Below are positions 12,665 through 24,266 of a DNA stretch of 64,000 bases, in pieces. Origin of the DNA: Mobula hypostoma (taxonomy: Eukaryota). Both the position numbers and the translations under genes were made by a program. The notes under the pieces are model-generated. The model was given only the letters and a program-made list of their open reading frames with translations. It was not told the DNA's origin and did no database searches. Numbering within the stretch: position 1 is the stretch's first letter; each line of letters starts with the position of its first letter. The DNA lies in assembly GCF_963921235.1 (NCBI RefSeq), contig NC_086097.1:9238001-9302000 (forward strand). The letters run 5' to 3'.

Positions 12665-13178
12665 GGTGGTGAGCAGTTTTTGGCACCTTATCTAAGAAAA
12701 GATGTGCTGGCATTGGAGAATGTTCAGAGGAAGTTCACGAGAATGAAGGGGTTAATGTATGATGAGGGTTTGATGGTTCTGGGCTGTATCTGCTGGACTT
12801 TAGAATGGGGGAATCTCATTGAAATGTAATAAATTTTGACAGGCCTAGATAGAGTGGATGGGGAAAGGATTGTTCCTACAGAGTGAAATCTAGGATCAGA
12901 GGGCACAGCCTCTATTTAGAATGGAGACAAGAAGGAATTTCTTTAGCAGTGGGTGGTGAATCTGTTGAATACATTGCCACAGATGGTTTGTGGAGAACAA
13001 GATACTGGGTGTATTTAAAAAGGAGATTGATAGGTTCTTGATTAATCAGAGTGTCGCAGGTTACAGGGAAAAGGCTGGTGAATTGGGTTGAGAGGGATAA
13101 TAATTCAATCATGATGGAACGGTGGAGCAAACTCAATGGGCTAAATGGCCCAATTCTGCTCTTACGTCTTGGTCTTAT
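12665..13178 (+). mobile_element. CR1 LINE 3' fragment, decayed
   Basis: EQFLAPYLRKDVLALENVQRKFTR remnant and tcttggtcttat tail. Confidence 0.8.
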
Positions 13179-13190
13179 AGTCCTTATTTC

Positions 13191-13776
13191 TGAAATGCCC
13201 TGGTTCACATGATTCATATTTTTTCTCTGTTATGCTTTTCTGTTCTCTGTGTAAGCTGCTTGTTACTGTTGAAGACAAGAGATAAGAGAAATATGTGCCA
13301 TCCAATCGGGATGAACAGATTCAGAGGAGGTTTTTCTGGTAAGGGACACTAAGGTTGGGCTTGGGGCTTTTGAGAGGGGAGGAGAGAGAAGACGCCGGAA
13401 AGAAGAGGTCGGAGGAACCAGCCCGGAGTGGGGCCATGATTCAATCAGGCCTGGGGAGGTTGAAGGAGAATTAGCGAAGGGGAAACCGTGAGCTCCAACT
13501 TGTGTGTAATGACTGTTTCATTAAAATGGGCCCTTTTCTTTTTTTCCTTTTTCTTTACTAACCCTTTAGTCAAATTAAGAATTATAAAGCTAAACCTTTT
13601 ACTTGAATGCAGTGTACCGTCTGTTATTTTGTGGTAGTTTTTTTGTGATGCAGCATCCACACAAACAGGGTGATTTGTTGGGAGTAGGGGGGACTTGCAC
13701 TTCCATCTCCCATGTTTGGTGGGGCCAGAGGGTGTCTTCCCTAGACTTACACAGTCAGTTGAACCAGTGTGTTACA
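13191..13776 (+). mobile_element. Solo LTR (Gypsy-like)
   Basis: tgaaatg...gtgttaca termini flanked by 4-bp direct repeat tttc (13187-90 and 13777-80). Confidence 0.6.
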
Positions 13777-13838
13777 TTTCTTAAATATCGATGGAAGAAC
13801 TATAAAGGAACTTGATCGTAAGAAACGACACTTCTGTG

Positions 13839-14108
13839 TAACACACACAAAATGCTGGAGGAATCAGCTGGGCCGGGCAGTATCCACGGAAAAGTGTAAA
13901 CAATTGACTTTTCGGGCTGAGACCCTTCATCAGGACTGAGAAGAAAAATATGAAAAGTCAGGTGATAAATCTGAAGCAGGGTCTCAGCCCGAAACATCGA
14001 CTGTTTACTCTTTCCCATAGACACTGCCTGATCTGCTGAGTTCCTCCTGCATTTTGTGTGTGTGTGTTGCTTTGGATGTCCAGCATCTGCAGATTTTCTC
14101 ATGTTTGT
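13839..14108. mobile_element. Fold-back Penelope-like pLTR pair
   Basis: Inverted arms about 13841-13935 and 13971-14065; TSD gacacttctgtg/gatacttctgtg at 13827-38 and 14109-20. Confidence 0.8.
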
Positions 14109-14314
14109 GATACTTCTGTGATACTCCAGTTTGCTCCCAGGCTGCCAATGCCATTGTCTCACCACAGCTAGGAGATTATATTTTCCCCCAAGGATTTATC
14201 TTCTGGTGTAAGTATCATCAAAACACTTACAATACCTACTGGCATTTTCGAACAGGAGACGGAAGCATTTCATGCAACTCGCTGGCATAGGGACTGGAAC
14301 TACCTGCTGTTTAA

Positions 14315-14775
14315 GACCATAAAACATACGAGCATAATTAGCCTATCCAGCCCGTCGACTCTGTTCCACCATTGGCTAATTTTTTCCCTCTCTCAATCCC
14401 ATTCTCCTGCTTTCTTCCCATATCCTTTGACAATCTGACTAATCAGGAACCCTCTGTTTTAAATATATCCAATGTCTTGGTCTCCACAGCTGTCTGCAGC
14501 AATGAATTCAACAGATTCACTGCCCTCCGGCTAAGGAAATTCCTCCTCATCTCTGTTCTAAACGGATCTCCTTCTATTCTGAAGCTGTGCCCTCTTATCC
14601 TTGACTCCCCCACTATTGGAAACATCTTCTCCACATCCACTCTAGCTAGGCCTTTCAATGTTCAATAGGCTTCAATGAGATACCCCCCTTATTCTTCTAA
14701 ACTCCAGCGACTACAGGCCCAGAGACAGCAAATGTTCCTTATACATTAACCCTTTCATTTCCAGAGTCATTCTCA
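14315..14775 (-). mobile_element. CR1 LINE 3' fragment
   Basis: ORF 14443-14658 GESRIRGHSFRI...RRNFLSRRAVNLLNSL. Confidence 0.85.
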
Positions 14776-15589
14776 AGGTATTTTCAGATTATTTTTAGAA
14801 CAATGTAAGAATTTCTAAAGTTACAAATCCACAGCTCTAATGATATATCCCTAAGGAAAAATATAATTCTCTCAACTTAATTTACTTCTGGTGATATCTA
14901 TATTCTCTAACCTGAGAAAACCTGAAGATGCTGGAAATCCAAAGCAACACACACAAAGTGCTGGAGGAACTCAGCTGACCAGGCAGCATTTATGGAAAAG
15001 AATACCCATCATCAGGTCTTTGTCTGGAACATCAACTGTTTACTTTTTTCCATACCTTCACCATGCCTTCATTTTTGGGGGATTTCTGAGCTCAGGAATG
15101 TCTCTTTGTAAACCCCTTTGCCTCATCATCTGCCTCCCCAGTATCTTCATTTCTTACTTAGGATTGATTTAAGGACTGATCAAAATGAGCTGGAGGCCCT
15201 TGGACCTCGAATCAGACCAGGATTGACAAGATCCTTGAAGATAAATGAAAACTACTCACTTAGAGCAAGGACAATTCCATGCCCTCCCCCCCTTAGCACT
15301 ACATACTGATCTATTGTTGGTGCAAGCATGTTGACCTATTGTCTTCGTATGTGCATTGCTCCTTCTCTCTTCGGCTGCAATGTGAATACACCAGATAAAG
15401 CTGTCTCCTGTGTGCGTGCTTTTATTTAATTGATATATAGTTGTGCACAGACACAACAAATTGGTGATGAATGCGAACTTGAATGTCAGAAAATATCACA
15501 AACTGCACCGACTGTTTTGGCACAATTATAGGATGAAACAGCAGGAGTTAAACATTACAGAGAAGGCAGTCTAGGATGCTAACAATGGG

Positions 15590-16075
15590 CAGGTAAGGAG
15601 TCCATCCATGGCCTCCTCCATTGTCGGGATAAGGCCACACATAGGCTGGAGGAACAACACTTTATATTCCATTTGGGTATCCTCCAACTTGATGACATGA
15701 ACAATGATTTTTCAAGCTTCCAGTAATGTCTTCACCACACCCCCCCCCCTTCACCATTTCCCATCCGCTTGTCCCTCTCTCATTTTATCTCCTTGCCTGC
15801 CCATCGCCTCCCTATGGTGCTCCTCTCCCCTTTTTTTCTTTCTTCCATAGCTTTCTGTCTCTTTCACCACTCAGCTTCCTAGCTCTTTGCTTCATTCCTC
15901 CCCCTCCAAGTTTCATCGATAGCCTAGCGTTTCTCTCTCCCCGCCCCACCTTTCAAATCTACTCGTCAGCTTTTTTTCTCCAGTCTTGCCAAAGAGTTTC
16001 AGCCTGAAATATTGTGTGTACCTTTTTGCATAAATGCTGCCTGGCCTGCTGAATTCCTCCAGTATTTTGTGTGTG
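15590..16075 (+). mobile_element. Penelope-like 3' fragment nested in the Gypsy element
   Basis: SIHGLLHCRDKATHRLEEQHFIFHLGILQLDDMNNDFSSFQ* followed by pLTR. Confidence 0.8.
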
Positions 16076-16079
16076 CTTT

Positions 16080-16825
16080 TGATCGCTGTGGATGCTCATT
16101 TAAAGTGGCCTATGGTTAAACCAATGAAGTCAACCACCTGAACAAAGACCGCATCAGCCCTGAGAATTACTTTGCCAGAAATGGTTTACCTGAATAAATT
16201 GTGAGTGACAATGGACTACAATACGCGTCAGAAGGAGTCATATTCTTCTTGAAGAAAAACGACATTCGACACTTCAAGTTAACCCAGCAACGAATGGGTT
16301 AGCTGAATGGTTTATCCAAACCGTCAAGAAGTCCATTAAGCTATGGACAAGGAGGATATTCCTCTACAGCACAAGGTAGACAACTTCCTTTTTGTGTATC
16401 GGAACTCTGTTTATGCGGCAACAAATCAAACACCTGCAATGGTGTTCATGAACAGGACTTTGAGTTTTCGCATAAACCTCCTGAAACCAGATCTACGGAG
16501 ACAAGTGCAGAATAAACAGTTCAACCAGTTGTCGAGTGAGGTAACAAGCAGCTTTATGATTGGACAGGAAGTGCTAACATGTGATTATCGAGAAGATAAG
16601 CGGACATCTGGTAGCATAGCTACAAGAACTGGATCACTGATGTACACAATGGATGTTGGAGATCTGACATGGAGATACCATGTGGACCAGATACTGGATG
16701 CTCTACTGAAGAACACACCTGATTTGAATGCATTAACCAAGATGGACAGATTACAGTTACTGGATTTACCTCTCCATGATGATGTCACTGACAGCAACGT
16801 GACACAGGAAACTTACCAAACCTGA
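16080..16825 (+). pseudogene. Gypsy integrase remnant
   Basis: VDAHLKWP, IVSDNGLQY, PATNGLAE, FLFVYRNSVYAATNQTPA motifs with frameshifts and stops. Confidence 0.85.
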
Positions 16826-16935
16826 TGCATCTCTGCAGGAAACAGAGCACTATCCAAAAGACTGAACCTGTAGAACTGTGAAGTTAGTTATGGACTGTTA
16901 TTGTGAAAGCAGGTTTAGCTGGGGTATTTTTTTTA

Positions 16936-17228
16936 GGCATCCGTTGGTCTTGTGAGACCATGGATTTGTGCCTTGGAATGTCGCAGGCCTGGGCAATGTT
17001 GTATGGAAGTCTGGCAGTTACCCATGCTGCAAGTCTCCCCTCTCCATGCCACCATGTTGTCCAAAGGAAGGGCACTAGGGCCGGTACAGCTTGGCACCGG
17101 TGTCGTCGCAGAGCAATGTGTGGTTAAGAGCCTTACTCAAGGACACAACACGTTGCCTCAGCTGAGGCTCGAATTAGTGAACTTCAGAATATTAGACCAA
17201 CGCCTTAACTACTTGGCCATGCGCCAAC
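16936..17228 (-). mobile_element. tRNA-headed SINE with RTE-derived 3' tail
   Basis: Reverse strand: A-box-like tggccaagtagttaagg, gtgtccttgagtaaggctcttaacc core, tail matching the RTE at 41969-42010. Confidence 0.8.
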
Positions 17229-19099
17229 ACATATTAGTTGGAATATAGGTTTATGAAAAGGAAATTGAATGTTTTGTACATGTAAAGTTTTATGTTGCAT
17301 TAATCTAAAGGAGGAGGAAGTGCAACGTGTAGGTCTATTTCCTTTAGAATAATGACACCACCCCCCCCCAGCACAACATATCCATCTGTTGTCCGTGCCT
17401 GCGCATTGACCTGTTGTCTACACGTGTGCATTGCTCCCTCTTTCTCTCACTGCAATGTGAATACACCAGCTAAAGCCACCTCCCGTGTGCATGCTTTTAT
17501 TTGATGGATATGTGGTTGTACACAGGCACTGCAACATGGCTTAAGGATGCAGCCAATCAGAGTTCTGATGAAATGCCATTGACCCAAAGCATCACAGTCA
17601 TTTCTCTTACCACAGTTGCTTCCAGAGCTGCTGAAGATTTCCAACAGTTGCTGTTTTCATTTAACATTCCTGGTGTTCTCAGCATCCTGCTTTTGCAGCT
17701 TTTTAATGTGTTAGTCATTGCAGAGATCTTTCAAGGTGCCTTATTTTCAAGCGGTAAATGAAAATTCACTTGCTTTTAGGAATACTCAAGACCACATTAG
17801 TTACATGTATGTTAATGCATCCTGTTCAGTATCACTTCGGACAATGTTTCCATCCTGAATTTTTGTAGCATATGTTTGTGATAGTAAGAATATACATCTA
17901 AACAACAAAACAAAATACCCTCAACCTGGCTCCCCTTCTTCCCTTTCTCCCATGGTCCGTTGTCCTCTTGTATCAGATTCCTTCCTCTCTAGACCTTTAT
18001 CTTTTCCACCTATCATCTTCTAACTTATTACTTTATCTCCCCCTCCTTCCCCACCCAGATGGCTTCACCTATCACCTCCTAGCCTGTACTCCTTCCCCAC
18101 CCCCACTTTCTTATTCTGGCTTCTTCCCCCTTTCTTTCCAGTTCAGATAAAGTATCTCGGCTCAAATGGCAATTCATTTCCATAGATGCTGCCTGATCCG
18201 CCAAATTCCTCCAGCATTTTGTGTGTGTTGCTCTGGATTTCCAGCAAGTGTAGAATCCCTTGTGTTCAAACTAGACATTGTGAATGCTTTAAGAATATTG
18301 TGAAGGGATGAGCAAATTAATCAGATGCTTTGGAATGTGTAATAGCTGAATGATTTTGAAACTATTCCATACAACATGAGGAGATGTCATGACCACAGTC
18401 TCTCTGAGATTCTAAATGAGAAGCATATGGACATTTGCCTTCTGTTTTGTAACCCTCGTTGTCAATATTTCTTCAGGCAACATAAACACTCATCTGTACA
18501 CTGCATGAGAGAATTAGCAGGATTTAATTTTTGTCTGGGGTTTCCAAATACTTTAATGACATGAAGAATTATTGCACAGTATAAGGTTTCTGTAAAGCCA
18601 TCAGAACATTCCCAAAATGGACAGTTGTTGATTTTGATAAATCATCTGCCACAAGCGGGTCTTCTCGATAGCCAAACATTTTAATTTCCATTCCCGTTCC
18701 CATTCCCATTCCCATTCCAAGGTTTTGGCCCATGGCTGCCTTCTGTACCACGATTCGGCCTCTCTCAATGTGGAGAAGCAACATCTTATATTCCATCTGG
18801 GTAACCTTCAACCTGATGGCTTGAATATCAATTTATCCTTCCCCCCCACTCTGACCTGTAACCTCTTCTCACCTATCAATCACCTTCCCCTGTGTCTTCC
18901 CTCTTCCTTCTCATTCTCACATGCTCCTTCCTCCTCTCCCATTAGTTTCCTTCCTTGACCTTTCCCACCCACCTAGCTTCACCTGTCACTTTCCAGTAGC
19001 CTCCTTCTCCTCCCCTCTTCTTCGTATTCTGGCATCTTCCCCCTTCTTTCTCAGTCCAGAAGAAGTGTCTTGGCCCAAATCCTCGACCATGAATTCATT

Positions 19100-19702
19100 A
19101 GGGGACGGGTGAGTCCTGAGCTGGATGCCCTGCTCACCTCAGGAAGGTGAAGCATATCCCATAGCCTCTCCTTTCCAGTTGTGATCATCACAGGACCACT
19201 GTTTGGCTTACCATGCAGGAGGTCACTTACATATGTCCTCTCCTACACTATTGTGCCCAAAGCAATGCCTTCACATGACGTCCCTGATCTTACTGAGTTT
19301 GCAATGTCGTGTTGCGGCCGCGTGTCCAGTGGTATAGCTGGACGGGCAGGCTGGGCTCGACAGCCTTGGTTGGCAGCCAGTCTAGGAGGACAGCTCTGAT
19401 TCCAACCCCGGGTAGATGGGGGTCATTAACCTTGCCAGGCAGTCAGTCTAGGAGGAGGAAAACTCTGATACCCAGCCTACAGCCTTGTGGTCGCCACAGT
19501 TGTCACAGCTTGCTGTGCCATTGTGGAGCGTCCATGGCCAAGAGAGTGGAATCAGTCCTCGCGCACTGATCCTCATTATAAACCTCTGCAGTGCAGGCAG
19601 AAAGTTGGCCTCTACAGTCACCGACAATCGTGCTGACACTCCTGAGGAGTCTTTTTCCTTCCTGATCATTGCAAGCAAAGAACCAGCCATCATCATCATC
19701 AT
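19100..19702 (+). mobile_element. Non-autonomous RTE-derived retroelement
   Basis: Duplicated RTE 5'-UTR-type motif ggcagccagtctaggagga..aactctgat, (CAT)n tail, TSD attcatt/attcgtt (19093-99 and 19703-09). Confidence 0.75.
19101..19311 (+). ncRNA. Candidate HDV-like ribozyme (decayed)
   Basis: P1 GGGGAC/GUCCCU with G-U at position 1; P3 GCC/GAC; L3 UUCACAU; P1.1 UC/GA; candidate catalytic C at 19302. Confidence 0.55.
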
Positions 19703-19799
19703 ATTCGTTTCCATTGGTGCTGCTTGACCTACTGAGCTCCTCCAGCATTTTATACGTGCTACACGATTTCAATATTATTTTTAAGATTTTTGAGGCGAA

Positions 19800-19931
19800 G
19801 ATTCTTTTTCTCCCAGGAGTGAGGTCTTTGGAGCTTCTGTTGGTGTTTCCACACCTCTGGGTTTTATGGGATGGGGTTGGTAGCCTCAGCCCAACACAGC
19901 TGGGATTGGGACCATCCATGGCAGGGTTATG
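19800..19931 (-). mobile_element. RTE 5' UTR fragment with twister-ribozyme remnant
   Basis: Reverse strand caTAACCCTGCCatggatGGTCCCAAtCCCAG...gttgggctgaggctaccaaccccatcccataaaa. Confidence 0.6.
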
Positions 19932-20539
19932 GAATCACAGAATCATGCAAAATGTATTACACAGGAGGAAGCTATTTGTCTATTCTGACAATGATGGTTG
20001 AATAAGATTAATCCCAAATTTCAGCACTTAGTCTCTAGCTCTTCACGTATGCATTCCCACACAGTTTAAATATAGTGAGTGGTACGGCTGTTCCACCCTT
20101 TCAGGTCATGTATTCCAGACCTCTGTCTGAAAAGGATTTTTATGATCTCTCTAGTTCTTCCATCGGTCAATTACATCTTTTACCCCTTCTTTTTACTTTA
20201 TGCTATACCCTCAGCCTTTATTTCAAAGAAAATCATCATAGCTTATCCAATCTTTCTTTAAAGGTTTGAAGATCAATAAGTTCTCATCTGAGACATTGGC
20301 AGTTCATTTCCTCACTAAACAGCAACTTCATAAATGTCTTGAACTTTTCCAGAGGTTGTCCACTGATCCACAAGTTGTTTGTTTCTCAGATGATCACCAT
20401 CTCTGAATTATCATTACCATTCTAGGTCAATTATGTTTCTATCAATGATTCCACCTATGATAGGAATCCATTTTGCAGAAGGATTATGGTTGAGGCTTTC
20501 ACGAAAAGAGAATGGGGTTAATTAATTTTCCAATATCAT

Positions 20540-20905
20540 TGGGTGGCGGTGTGAAAACGCATCTCCACCAAAGGACATGTGAGGTGCTCCTTCTCTCCGC
20601 TAGTCTGCAGGACACCCTTGGGCAAGGTGCTTAGAGCCTCGATTATTGTCACGTGAAGCCATGGGGACAAGTGGAGGATGGTCGTGTGAGCAGCTGGTAC
20701 ATATCACAAGTCCTGGTATGCCACCATTGATGCCAGGCGGACCATCTCTGAAGAGTATTGATAATGGCTGGGGTCACCCATCTTGTAAAGACACTATCCA
20801 GGAGAAGGCAATGGCAAACAACTTCTGCCATGAGCAAATCAGGGTCATAGATAGGTCATGATCGCCCACATTATAAGACACAGAACATAATGATGATGAT
20901 GATAA
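20540..20905 (+). mobile_element. RTE-related non-autonomous retroelement
   Basis: Same family as 4101-4488; (GAT)n tail. Confidence 0.75.
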
Positions 20906-21750
20906 TGAATGTTATGACTTCATGATATTACTATAACTATGCTTAAAATTCAGTAAGTCAGGGAGAGGCCTGTACCATCGAATTACTGCCAGTAAATCTG
21001 AAATGGGAGGTGTCACTTAAGTGGTGAAGGTCAGCTCCTTTTAGAACTTCCTATATGCCTTTACCACTCCATTATGATCCTCTTAACCTCTTTTACAGAG
21101 GGAATTTGGGATTCTAAGATGGAGAGCTTAGTGGCATGGTATCAAGATTTCAATTAAAGTTCAAGTTTAATTGTCATTCAACCATACACATGAATACAGC
21201 CAAACAAAACAGCATTCCTTCAGGACCAAGTGCAAAACACAGAACTGACATTCACACACAGCACAAGGTAAATATAGCATGTATATACAATAGCAGAAAA
21301 ACATATGGTCAGAAACAAATAGTAATATAGCCCAAATCCCTATGTGTCATGGCCTAAGAGTTGATAGTGCATGCGATGTTGTTCTGGAGCCACGTTTCTG
21401 CAAGAACAAGCACACAGCAGTTCCTCATCTCATACTAATGCAGCCACAGATAAATGCAATGTCAGCAAAACTCTGCCCAAGTCTGCAAGAAATTGTAGAG
21501 TTGTGAGTTATATGAGACAGCCTTCTCTCCACTCAAACTCTTTACACTTCCTGTTACTTCAGCATAGTAGCTGACATAACTCAGAAGTGTCTCGGCCTGA
21601 AACACGGATTACTTATTTATTTCCGTAGATGCTGCCTGACCTACTGATTTCCTCCAGAATTCTGTATACGTGGTTTTGGATTTCTAGTATCTGCTGAATC
21701 TTGAAAAGGCATCTTATACACTCAAGGTAAATTCATGATCTCCCAGTCTA

Positions 21751-22253
21751 TAGTACTGTGCAAAGGTCTTAGGCATATACATATATAACTAGGGTGCTAA
21801 AGACTTTGCAGAGTATTGCATTTGTCAATGTGCAGCGGAGAGCAAGCTTGTAAATCTGGTGGGAGCAAAGAGTGTTGGGAATGCAAGGGTGGAGCGCCAT
21901 AGAAGGAGTGTGAGACAGGTGGGTAAAGGTGTGCCAGAGAGGTGGATGGAACACACTCAGCCCCACATACCAGTCAAGGCAATTTGCTCGCAAACAATTG
22001 GCTCATTGATCATTACAGAATGTCCCTCTGGTGCCTCCCACTCCCTCACCTCTCCCTTCCCCTTTTCCCAACCACGATTCCCCTCTCACTGCCCCCTTCC
22101 CACTCTCAGTCCACATTCGAGACCCATATCAGAATCAGGTTTAACATTACTAACATCTGTCATGAAATTTGGTTTATTTGTGTGTGTGTGGCAGCAGTAC
22201 AGTGCAACACAAATAAATTACAACACCATGTCTAAGCTTTTTGCACCGTACTG
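21751..22253. mobile_element. Tc1/mariner-type MITE
   Basis: TIRs tagtactgtgcaaaggtcttaggca / tgtctaagctttttgcaccgtactg, plus an internal copy of the repeat at about 21795-21819. Confidence 0.65.
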
Positions 22254-22258
22254 AACCC

Positions 22259-22660
22259 TGTCATTGTCAGGCCTCCCAGCCTGACGTTCCAGTCTCCACC
22301 CAGCTAATGGGATTCACCTGCCACTCATTTCAAATTTATCACCTGCAGCCTATTTAACCCCTGTTTGCTTCCACTGTCTTTGTTCACTCATCCTTTTGGG
22401 AAATATAGAGGCGGTTGACCCAAAGGCAGAGCAGGGGAGAGGACTCAGCAATGAATGATAACTTTAATAATAGACCGCAAAATAACAAGCCACAGGGGGC
22501 CACAAAACATAGAGAACAGGGCAGGCAAACACAACAGGTAACAAGGTAAACTTTAGGCAGGGAGAGTGTCAGCTAGGAGCAACTGGCTGAAGCTGGCTCA
22601 TTTGACGAGGGACCAAGGAGTGTGGATGAAAAATGGGGTTAAATAGGCTGCAGGTGCTGG
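22259..22660. mobile_element. Rearranged LTR fragments in opposite orientation
   Basis: Perfect 22-bp inverted repeat cacctgcagcctatttaacccc at 22340-61 and 22635-56. Confidence 0.5.
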
Positions 22661-23236
22661 GTGCTTCAGTTTGCTTTCAGAGTCCAACAGTTTACCAGTT
22701 AGTAAGTTTAGTGGACAACGTAAATTGTCCTGTCATTGGATTAGGGTTAAATCAGTGGGTTGCTTGGTGGCACAACTCATTGAGCTAGAGGATCTGTTCT
22801 GCACTGTATCTCTAAATAAAATATATCATTAAGCTGAAGTTGGAGGATCAGGCACATTGATGCTCATTACATATCCCATGTGGTGATCATCCGTTGCCCT
22901 GTCAACATCTAGGAAAACACTTCGGATCTTGCATATGTTAGAACAGCAATAAAAAAACATTTAACAGCAAGCAAATCTTCTTCATTCTGGATTTACATAC
23001 ATTTCAGCAAGACTGAAGTTCATTAGTATTAGCAATTCATTTTGTCTGATGTCTTCCTGCATAATGGAGTATTTGGTTAATGTGTCACACAGCACAGTAA
23101 AATGATAGTTAGCACAAATTTTGAAAAATTATAAAGCCAAGGAATTAATTATATAGAATTTCAGTTTTACACTAGTAGTGCTGAATCTCTGCAGTCTCCG
23201 AAAGAAATAGAACTCCAAATCAAATTATGTCATTTA

Positions 23237-24266
23237 CACTCAGTGGCCACTTTATTAGGTACGGTATGTCTGTTTGTTTATGCAAATATCTAACTTGGAC
23301 AATTGAAATGCCGGCCCAGATAGACTAGAGGCTCCTCTCTCCATGATGCTGTGGCTGTGAGACTGCCCCTGGCCATTGTGCTTCGTGTCTGTGAATTTTG
23401 CAGAGATTTGCCCTGCTAATATGCTGGGCCTACTCCATACTGCTCTGGGGATTTGCATTTTAGGACTCAAACTGGTTTGTAATGCTGTTGTTGTTTCTCA
23501 TTTCTATAGATTACTTGATTTGTTTTTTCTCTCTTTCTCTGTGTGCATTGGGGGTTGGCCTTTATTTTTTTTAATTGAGTTCTTTCGGGTTCTTTGCTTT
23601 GCGACTGCCTGTAAGCAATCAAATCTCAGGACTGTATAATTTATACATTTTTTGATAATAAATGTACTTTTAATACTTTGAATGTGGCAGCAACTCATTG
23701 CATAAAACCATTCAGACACTTCATAAGGATCAGCATTATTATTATAGATTGCACTCTGTTGCCGCCGTACAACAGATTTCACAGCATATGCCAGTAGTGT
23801 TAACCCTGACTTTGCCATGGTCAGGCAGTTCAATTGTTGTTCAGACCAAACATCAGAATGGGGAAGAAATGTGATCTAAGTGAAAAGTAATCTTTGGCCA
23901 TGGGATGATTGTTGGCGCCAGAAACGTGGTTTGAGTATCTCAGAAACTGCTGATCTCCTGGGATTTTCATGCACGACAGTTTCTAGAGTTTCTAGAGAGT
24001 GGTGTGAAAAACAAAAAAGAGTGCCATTCTGTGAGTGAGCACACCTTGCTAATGAAAGAGATCAGAAGAGAATGGCCAGATTGGCTCAAGGTGACAGTAA
24101 CTTAAATAACAATGCGTTACAACAGCAGTGTGCAGATGAGCATCTCTGAACCCAGAACACGTCGAACTGTAAAGTGGATGAGCTATACCAGCAGAAGATC
24201 ACAAACATACACACAATAGCCACTTTATTAGATACAGAAAGTATCTAATAAAGTGGCCACTGAGAG
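23237..24266 (+). mobile_element. Internally deleted Tc1 transposon with nested LINE tails
   Basis: TIRs cactcagtggccactttattaggtac / gtatctaataaagtggccactgag after TA; MGKKCDLS...GLSISETADLLGFSCTTVSRV HTH remnant at about 23858-24200. Confidence 0.85.

Larger units (their letters stand above)
15240..17536 (+). mobile_element. Old internally deleted Gypsy LTR retrotransposon
   Basis: Diverged LTRs about 15240-15458 and 17321-17536; PBS-like tggtgatga 15462-70; PPT aaaggaggaggaag before 17321; integrase remnant inside. Confidence 0.85.
18640..19765 (+). mobile_element. Penelope-like 3' fragment interrupted at 19100-19702
   Basis: ORF 18725 VEKQHLIFHLGNLQPDGLNINL; pLTR resumes at 19703; a similar copy lies at 17925-18265. 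Confidence 0.8.
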
